Assembly (NCBI GenBank): GCA_951406725.2
Contig: OX597838.1
Coordinates: forward strand, 36,208,001 to 36,272,000
Length of the DNA stretch: 64,000 bases
Direction: 5' to 3'
Source of the DNA: Octopus vulgaris
Taxonomy: Eukaryota
Positions 55,400-64,000 of this stretch are shown here, piece after piece (within the stretch, counting starts at the first letter, position 1; each line of letters starts with the position of its first letter). Under the pieces are notes generated by a model. The model saw nothing but the letters and a program-made list of their open reading frames with translations, had not been told where the DNA came from and searched no databases. The translations under genes and the position numbers were made by a program.

Positions 55400-55686
55400 A
55401 TATTTAAGCTGGATCATCGTCTCCTGGTGTAGCAACCGTGTCAGCATGAATGTCATGGATGGGTTGGCACTTGATAGCACTATGAAGTAAAATTTTGTCC
55501 ATTTTCAAGAGAAGTCACTACTCGTTATGCCTGAAGTCGTCTTTGAACACTCAGGTGTCAGTTTACCTGGAAAGAAATGATGCAGTTATTTGTTAGAATT
55601 GGGTTGAAATTAATACATGCAAGATTTCACAGTTCTAGCATCAACTCCTTCAAAGTCGGCCTATTACTTTTCAGCCCACCCTTGTA
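55400..55686. mobile_element. Mariner-like terminal fragment
   Basis: TIR-like TATTACTTTTCAGCCCACCCTTG-TA. Confidence 0.5.
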
Positions 55687-55691
55687 ATAGT

Positions 55692-55921
55692 TATTTGTTT
55701 ACTACCCACAAGGGACTAAACACAGAGGGGACAAACAAGGACAGACAAACGGATTAAGTCAGTTATATTGACCCCAGTGCGTAACTGGTACTTAATTTAT
55801 CAACCCTGAAAGGATGAAAGGTAAAGTCGACCTCAGCAGAATTTGAACTCAGAACGTAATGCCAGACGAAATACGGCTACGCATTTTGCCCGGCGTGCTA
55901 ACGATTCTGCCAGCTCGCCAC
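55692..55921 (-). mobile_element. SINE B with TSD
   Basis: CTTGTAATAGT duplicated on both flanks. Confidence 0.9.
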
Positions 55922-57572
55922 CCTTGTAATAGTGTACCAAAGACTACATTACCAAATGTATCCTATCTTGTATTTTTAAAGGAAATAAGTATATTTGAAA
56001 GATATTTGGTCTAACAAGTTGAGTGGCGGCATAAATACTTGCTTAGTGTCTCAACAGCATTACTATATTTTTCTTTCTTTCTTTGTGTGTGTGCGTGTGT
56101 GTGTGTGTGTGCGTGTGTGTGTGCGTGTGTGTGTGTGTGTGTGAGTGCACATGCATTTTATTCAGTTTTGGAGTGTGGCAGTCCTGCTTTTAATTACCAG
56201 TTTTGAGTTTGATTAGTTTAGCGAGACATAAATATTTCTGGTGGCCTCATGAATATTATGAGGTGTGTGTGTGTGTATGTGTGTGTGTGTTCAAGAGTTT
56301 CTGTATCTCATTTGTATGTATTTGCATTTATATGTGTGTATGCGCACGTATTTGTGTGTGTATGAACTATGAGCGGCTTTTTGTGCATTTACAGATATAT
56401 ATTTATATACATGTACATATAAGTATGCGTATATATATATATATATATATATACACACTTACATGCATATATATATATATATATATATAGTTATATACAT
56501 ATATTTATGTTTATGTATATATACGTATAAACATATATGTATATGTGGGTGTATATATGTATGTGTATATATGTGTATATGTGTGTGTGTATATATATAT
56601 ACACACTTACATGCATATATATATAGTTATATACATATATTTATGTTTATGTATATATACGTATGAACATATATATATATGTGGATGTATATATGTATGT
56701 ATATATATGTGTATATATGTGTATATATATATATGTATTTATTCATTTATACCTCTCTCTCCTTGTATGCATGTGTTTTTGTCCGCATGCATGTTTATGT
56801 GTCCGTGCGTGTGTGTTTATGTGCATGTTTATATATTTGCATCTGGTTCGTGTGTGCGTGTCTTTCTGACTTCTTAAGTATGCACGTGTGTGCATGTGCG
56901 TGCATGTGCTCGGAATTTTTATGCGTATATATTAGGTCTTACTCTTAGTAACTAACGAGCAATTTGTTCCGACTGGGTACCGTGTTGCCTTTCACCTATT
57001 AATTGCTATGCAGCATCCACGCCACCCCACCCCCCCATCTTCCCTGCTCCCCCCCCCCAGCCTCATCTCACCTCACGCCACTCACTTCCTCCGCATCCTC
57101 GTCTCACCTCACGCCGCTCGCTTCCTCCGCATCCTCGTCTCCTTGCACTTATATACACATTCGTCTCCTCTGTCTCAGCGCCCATCAATTAAACATCTTT
57201 CGTTGCTGGCTACCACACAGATTGGCCGGGGTCCTTGGAATATTAATACAATACAAAGAAGTTTGGTTTGCCGATAACTCTGGTGTGGGGGGCTGGAAGG
57301 GGTTGCTGGAAGGGGTTGCTGGTGGGAATGGATGGGACCAGTTACATTCTGTGTCGAAGAGATGGATGGAGACAGATGACTGTGTGTGTATATATATATC
57401 TTGGTGTTTGTGCATATTTTTCTATTAACACGTAACGTGTGTGCATATACGTATGTATGTATATAAGTAAGTACAAATACATACATACATGCAGGCATAC
57501 ATATATACTTACATATTTTATACCAAGTGTAGTCTTTTTTTTTGAAACCTATTTCTACTATATATATACATG

Positions 57573-57621
<49 letters not shown>

Positions 57622-57622
<1 letters not shown>

Positions 57623-58020
57623 CTCTTTTACTCTTTTACTTGTTTCAGTCATTTGACTGTGACCATGCTGGAGCACCGCCTTTAATCGAGCAATTCGACC
57701 CCGGGACTTATTCTTTGTAAGCCCAGTACTTATTCTATTGGTCTCTTTTTGCCGAACCGCTAGGTGACGGGGACATAAACACACCAGCATCGGTTGTCAA
57801 GCGATGTTGGGAGGACAAACACAGACACACAAACATACACACACATACATATATATATCCGACAGGCTTCTTTCAGTTTCTGTCTACCAAATCCACTCAC
57901 AAGGCATTGGTCGGCCCAAGGCTATAGCAGAAGACACTTGCCCATGATGCCACGCAGTGGGACTGAACCCGGAACCATGTGGTTGGTAAACAAGCTACTT
58001 ACCACACAGCCACTCCTATA
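57622..58020 (-). mobile_element. SINE A
   Basis: Family match. Confidence 0.9.
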
Positions 58021-58511
58021 TACATATATGTATATGGGTGTATATTTTTGTATACATATATATATATGTGCATATGTGCACACATATATGTATGCATATA
58101 TATATATAGAAATATATATCTGTGTGTGTATATATGTATCTGCATGTGTATATGTGAATATTTATGTCTGTACATTTGTATATATCAGAATACAAGTGTG
58201 TTTGTGTATATAGATAATATGAATATATAAAAATATATATGTAAATAAGTATATCTAAATATATATATGTGTGTTTATACATATATTACATACATATGAA
58301 TAGATAGACAGATTACTGAATATGCTATCATACATATATATATGTATACATATATTACACACACACACATACATACATATATATATGTGTCTGTACACAT
58401 ATATCACACATACACACACGTGCGTGCATACACACTCACACATACACATCAAACTGAATGAGATAATAAATCCAAGGCTGTGAGGTGTTCTCAGGGCATT
58501 TATAATGAAAT

Positions 58512-58561
58512 CGCCTTACAGCTGTTTCTGGGATAGTACGGATACCCCTTCTTCAGAGACG
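58512..58561 (-). ncRNA. Minimal type I hammerhead ribozyme motif
   Basis: CGTCT-CTGAAGA-A-GGG...CCC-A-GAAA-CAGCTG-TA-AGGCG. Confidence 0.65.
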
Positions 58562-58640
58562 GTGTGAGAAAATATTTGAGTTTGAATTATTGTGGAAAAG
58601 ATAGGGAATATAGACCGTAGTTAAACCCTTAAACTCTCTT

Positions 58641-58672
<32 letters not shown>

Positions 58673-59085
58673 CATTTACGTGAGAAAGTTGGTCTATGAA
58701 AGCACGTGGTTGGATATATAGAAAATAGAAAAGAGTGAAAAAACTACAGAAGGCTTGTTTTATAAGGTTAAAGAATATATTTAAGTCGTTATGTTAGAAG
58801 AATGTTATAAAAATTTTGCAAATAGTAACATAGTTTTTGAAGAAATTACCGGTTTCGTGTTAACTTTTCAAATTTCTCAAATGTCTTTACCTACATCGTG
58901 TCATGTCTTCATTATGTAGTGCAAAGAAGAGTTCCAGGTAGGGGGAGGTAATAAGCGATTTCTTCCGGTATAAGGGAGATAATCGCTTTATATTTCTTTA
59001 TATTTCTTTTCTCCTTATTTAATGAGATGGGTTTCTCTGTATAAAAATGTTAGGATGGTTAAGTTCAGGCTTATATATTTCAATA

Positions 59086-59129
<44 letters not shown>

Positions 59130-59499
59130 ATACACATACATGTGTACATGCATGTGTATACATACATGCAAACATGCAATCCTACACACCTGTTCAGTCT
59201 CATTTTGTGGCGCCTTGGGCAAGTGGATTCTCTTATAGCTCCAGGCTCATCGAAGCCTTGTAAGTGGATTTTGTCTGTAGAAACTGAAAAATGCATGTTG
59301 TATATACACGCATGTGTGTGTGTGGTTTTCCTTGACATCACAGAATGGTCTTAAACAAGTCTCACTATCAAACAAAAGATGTTGTTTATTCCCAGCCTCT
59401 GATGGAAAACATATCACTTTGCTTGGAAATAGGTAAGGGCTAGCAATATTAAGGGCATCTGGTTATAGCAAAATAACAAAACATGAAATCTGCTTCAAT

Positions 59500-59949
59500 G
59501 AAGGGGCTAAACATAGAGGGGACAAACAAGGACATTAAGTTGATTACATCGACCCCAGTGCGTAACTGGTACTTAATATATTGCCCCTGAAAGGATGAAG
59601 GGCAAAGCCAACCCCGGCGGAATTTGAACTCAGAATGTAATAGCAGATGAAATACCGCTAAGTATTTCGCCTGGTGTGCTAATGTTTCTGCCAGCTTGCT
59701 GCCTTAAATGAATTCTGTCTTACCGATTTGATAACCCTTTCTAGTATAGGCACACAGCCTGGATTTTGTGGTGAGGGGGCCAGTCGGTTAGATCGACCCC
59801 CAGTACTCAACTGGTACTTAATTTATCGACCCTGAAAGGACAAAAGGCAAAGTTGAACTCAGTGGAATCTGAACTCAGAAAATAGCGATGGGCGAAATAC
59901 TGTTGAGTATTTTGCCTGGCGTGCTAATGATTTTGCTAGACGGCCGCCT
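59500..59949 (-). mobile_element. Two SINE B copies (59500-59705, 59738-59949)
   Basis: Family match, one of each tail type. Confidence 0.85.
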
Positions 59950-59990
59950 TGCAGAAGTTAAAAATGATGATTATAATGATACATGTGTGT

Positions 59991-60655
59991 CATCATCATC
60001 GTTTAACAACTGTTTTCCGTGCCAGCATGGGTTGGACAGTTCAACAGGGGTCTGGGAAGCCAGAAGGCTGTGCCAGGCCCAGTCTGATCTGGCAGTGTTT
60101 CTACGGCTGGATGCCCTTCCTAACGCCAACCACTCCATGAGTGTAGTGGGTGCTTTTTATGTGCCACCTGCACAGGTGCCAGACGAGGCTGGCAAACGGC
60201 CACAATCGGATGGTGCTTTTTACGTGCCACCGGCACGGGGGCCAGGCGAAGCTGGCAAACGGCTATGATCGGATGGTGCTTTTTACATGCCACTGGCACA
60301 GGTGCCAGGCGAGGCTGGCAACGGCTACAATCGGATAGTGCTTTTTACGTGCCACCGACATGGGGGCCAGGCGAGGCTGGAAAACGGCCACGATCGGATG
60401 GTGCTTTTTACGTGCCACCGGCACGGGGGCCAGGCGAGGCTGGCAAACGGCCACGATCAGATGGTGCTTTTTATGTGCCACCGGCACAGGGGCCAGGCGA
60501 GGCTGGCAACGGCTACATTCGGATGGTGATTTTTACTTGCCACCAGCACGAGGCCAGTCGGGGCTGCGCTGGCAACGGCCACGTTCAGATGGTTCTCTTA
60601 CATACTACGAGCACTGGTATCACAGCTGCAATTTCCATTGATGTTGATTGATTTC
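59991..60655 (-). mobile_element. Family C element with ~7 internal ~62-bp repeats
   Basis: GGTGCTTTTTACGTGCCACCGGCAC...GGCTGGCAA repeated. Confidence 0.9.
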
Positions 60656-60829
60656 GGTGTTAATTTTTTAGAGAGAGAGTGAGAGAGATAACGAGTTAGA
60701 TACAGAGAAATCTAACGGAAGTAAATAGATGGAGACAATTGTTCTGGCTGGGACATTTCTGTCTCTTTTTTTGTTTTGTCCTCTGTTCATGGACTTTTCA
60801 GCTGGACGAGAATCTTGTCCAATAAAGAT

Positions 60830-61115
60830 AGTGGTGGTGGTGGTGGGGGGGGGGTGATGGTGGCAGTGGCGGGGGTGATGGTGCTGCTGGTAGGTTGTGA
60901 TAGTGGTGATGGTGGTGGCGGCGGTGGTGATAATACTGGTTGTGGTTGTGGTTATGAGTTGCGATGCAGGGTGCGGCTGTGATGGGGGGAATGGTGGTGA
61001 TGATGGTGGTGGTTGTTGTTGTTGTTGTAGTGGTGGTGGTGGGGGTTGATAATGATCATGTAGAGACGTGTGCGCGCAAGCAGTACAATATGAGCATCAG
61101 GTGTGTGTGCGTGTT

Positions 61116-61147
<32 letters not shown>

Positions 61148-62020
61148 ATTGTGGTGGTATTGTGGTGGTGGTATGGTGGTGGTATTGTGTATTGGTGGTT
61201 GGAAAGGGGTCAAGTAGAAATGCATGTGACCAGTACATTGAGTAAATTGTGATGGTAGTTGCGACAGTGGTGGTGGTGGTGGTGGCGGTGGTGGCAGTGG
61301 TAGTGATGGTGGTGGTATTGGTGTTAGCTGTGGTGGTGGTAGCGTTAGCAGTAGTAGCTATGGTGGTGGTGGTGGTGGTGGTTGTAGTAGTGGTGGTGAT
61401 GGTGGTGGTGGTAGTGGTGGTGATGGCAATGGTAGTGGTGGTGATGGTGGTAGTTTTGATGGTGGTAGTGATGGTGGTGGTATTGGTGTTAGTTGTGATG
61501 GTGACTGTGGTGCTAGTAGTAGTTGCAGTGGTAGCTGTGGTGGTGATGATGATGGTGGTGGTAGTGGCGGTGGTGGTTGTAGTAATGGTGGTGATGGTGG
61601 TAGTTTAGATAGTGGCAGCGGTAGTGATGGTAGTGGTATTGGTGTTAGTTGTAGTGGTGACTGTGGTGGTAGTTGTAGTAGCAGTGGTAGCTGTGGTGCT
61701 GGTGTTAGCTGTGGTGGTGATGGTGGTGGGAGTGATGGTGGTGGTATTGGTGTTTGTGGTAGTGATGGTTGTAGTGGCTGTGATGGTAGTAGCAGCAGCA
61801 GTGGTAGCTGTGAGGGTGGTGTTAGTCGTTAGATGGTGATGATGGTGGTGGTGGTGGTTTTGATGGTGGCAGTGGTTTCGACGGTAGTGTTGGTGGTGGT
61901 GTTGGTAGTAGTTTTGGTGGTGGCGATGGCAGAAGTAGTGGTTGTGGTGGAAATGGTAGTGGTAGTAGTAGCAGTAGCGGTGGTAGTTGTGGTGGTGGTG
62001 GTGGTGATGGTGATGGTAGT
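60830..62020. repeat. Degenerate (GTG/GTA/GAT)n trinucleotide field
   Basis: Direct inspection. Confidence 0.9.
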
Positions 62021-62167
62021 CGTGCTACCATGGCTGAGCATCAGGTATGTTTATGTGTTGTGATGAGGTTGGTGGAGTTGGTAGTGGTCAGCCTGAAGTG
62101 TGTGTGTGTGTTTCTGTAGGTTTGTGTCTGTATGTACGTGCAATGTGTTTATGTATAATGTTGTTCA

Positions 62168-62212
<45 letters not shown>

Positions 62213-62643
62213 GGTGGTGGTGGTGGTGGTGGTGGTGGTGGTGGTGGTGGTGGTGGTGGTGGTGGTGGTGGTGGTGGTGGTGGTGGTGGTGGTGGTGGTG
62301 GTGGTGGTGGTGGTGGTGGTGGTGGTGGTGGTGGTGGTGGTGGTGGTGGTGGTGGTGGTGGTGGTGGTGTTGTGGTGGTGGTGGTGGTGGTGGTGGTGGT
62401 GGTGGTGGTGGTGGTGGTGTGTGTGGTGGTGGTGGTGGTGGTGGTGGTGGTGGTGGTGGTGGTGGTGGTGGTGGTGGTGGTGGTGGTGGTGGTGGTGGTG
62501 GTGGTGGTGGTGGTGGTGGTGGTGGTGGTGGTGGTGGTGGTGGTGGTGGTGGTGGTGGTGGTGGTGGTGGTGGTGGTGGTGGTGGTGGTGGTGGTGGTGG
62601 TGGTGGTGGTGGTGGTGGTGGTGGTGGTGGTGGTGGTGGTGGT
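62168..62643. repeat. (GTT)n then (GGT)n ~430 bp
   Basis: Direct inspection. Confidence 0.97.
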
Positions 62644-62644
62644 T

Positions 62645-63045
62645 ATTTATTCTTTTAATTGTTTCAGTCATTTGACTGCGGCCATGCTGGAGCACATCCT
62701 TTAGTCGAGCAACTCGACCCCGGGACTTATTCTTTTGTAAGCCCAGTACTTATTCTATCGATCTCTTTTGCCGAACCGCTAAGTGACGAGGACATAAACA
62801 CACCAGCATCGGTTGTCAAGCAATGCTAGGGGAACAAACACAGACACACATATACGCATATACATATACATACATATATATGACGGGCTTCTTTCAGTTT
62901 CCATCCACCAAATCCACTCACAAGGCTTTGGTCGGCCCGAGGCTATAGTAGAAGACACTTGCCCAAGATGCCACGCAGTGGGACTGAACCCGGAACCATG
63001 TGGTTGGTAAACAAGCTACTTACCACACAGCCACTCCTGCGCCTA
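62645..63045 (-). mobile_element. SINE A
   Basis: Family match. Confidence 0.9.
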
Positions 63046-64000
63046 TATGTCTGTATGTGTGTATATTTGTATCAGTCTGTATGTGTGTAGTTTGTGTATA
63101 TGCATATGTTTGTAAGTGCATGTGTATGTGTGTGTGTGTTATTGGTCGTTAGTAGCAGTAACGAATATCAGGTGTGTTTGTGCATAATATTGTTGGTGAT
63201 GGTAGTGGTTGCGGTGGTGGTAGTGAGCTACAGGTGTGTGCATGTCTGTAGGTTTATGTGTGTATATTTGTATGTGTGTGTAACACAGTTTGTGGTCATT
63301 AGTCATGCTAATAAGCGACAGGTGTGTGCATGTGTTTCTACATAAAGTTCTCGTTATTGCTGTTGTTGTTGTTGGTGGTGGTGGTGGTAGCGGTGGTGTG
63401 TGTTTGTGTGTGAGTGTGCCTATCTGTTTGTGTGTGAGTGTGCCTATGTTTGTGTGTGAGTGTGCCTATGTGTGTGTGTGAGTGTGCCTATGTGTGTGTG
63501 TATTCGTATGTGTGTATGTATGTGTGAGTGTATGTGTGTTTGTATGTGTGTGTGTTTGTATGTGTATACCTATGTGTGTGTATCTATGTGTGTATATGTA
63601 TATGTGTGTACTTGTATGTGTGTGTATATGTATGTGTGTTTGTATGTGTATGTGTGTATCTACATGTGCATCCATGTATGTGTGTGTGTATGAATGTAAA
63701 TGTTTGTATGAATGTATGTGTGGGTATTTGTATATGTGTATCTGTGTTTGTACGTGCCCGTGTGTGTGTGTGTGTGTGTGTGTGCAATGAATGCCAGGTG
63801 TGTTAGTGTGTTTGCATATAATGTTGTTGCCGCTGTCGACTGTGGTGGTAACGGCGACCTTGGTGACGGTGGTGGTGGTGACGGTGGTGGTGACGGTGGT
63901 GGTGGTGGTGGTGACAGTGGTGGTGGCGACCGAGAGCATCAGGTGTATGTGCGTGGTCGAAAGGTTTGTCAGGTGGAAGAAATGTGTGTGCAGCCAGCAA

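Noticed and set aside
55400-55580. Minus-strand exon after TTTCTTTCCAG
   Set aside because: Stops in all frames near the acceptor, and it lies within a mariner-like terminal fragment.
56449-56730. ~150-bp direct duplication (also 7890-8100, 18130-18480, 57061-57140)
   Set aside because: Ordinary slippage duplications in low-complexity DNA.
60830-62704. Poly-Val/Thr/Gly/His mucin-like or membrane proteins
   Set aside because: Trinucleotide microsatellite translations without splice or domain support.

Overview
This is AT-rich, microsatellite-saturated eukaryotic non-coding DNA. The SINE repertoire is the kind seen in octopus (coleoid cephalopod) genomes, which is an inference from the repeats and not a database result. 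I found no intact host gene, rRNA, tRNA gene or CRISPR array. Almost all listed ORFs are artefacts of (TA)n, (TG)n, (TCTA)n, (GGT)n or SINE sequence. The family letters below are my own labels. The window is built from: (A) a ~400-bp tRNA-head/CORE-like SINE, about 19 good copies, mostly on the minus strand; (B) a ~230-bp tRNA-head/Meta-domain SINE with two alternative tails, often as dimers or trimers with 11-18-bp TSDs; (C) an RTE-tailed non-autonomous element with internal 58-bp repeats. One C copy has spawned a 2.85-kb 26-bp minisatellite (32117-34972). There are also 5'-truncated LINEs (R4/Dong RLE domain in (TAA)n, Tx1 in (TCTA)n, RTE), Helitron-like and mariner/hAT relics, Penelope-type fragments with minimal hammerhead ribozymes, and several fold-back palindromes. 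The most notable signals are a SINE B tail shared with the Tx1 LINE plus a recurrent multimer junction, a possible recursive-splicing site at 5733/5734 with a matching SINE strand bias, the hammerheads, and the SINE-born minisatellite. All coordinates were read by eye and may be off by a few bases.
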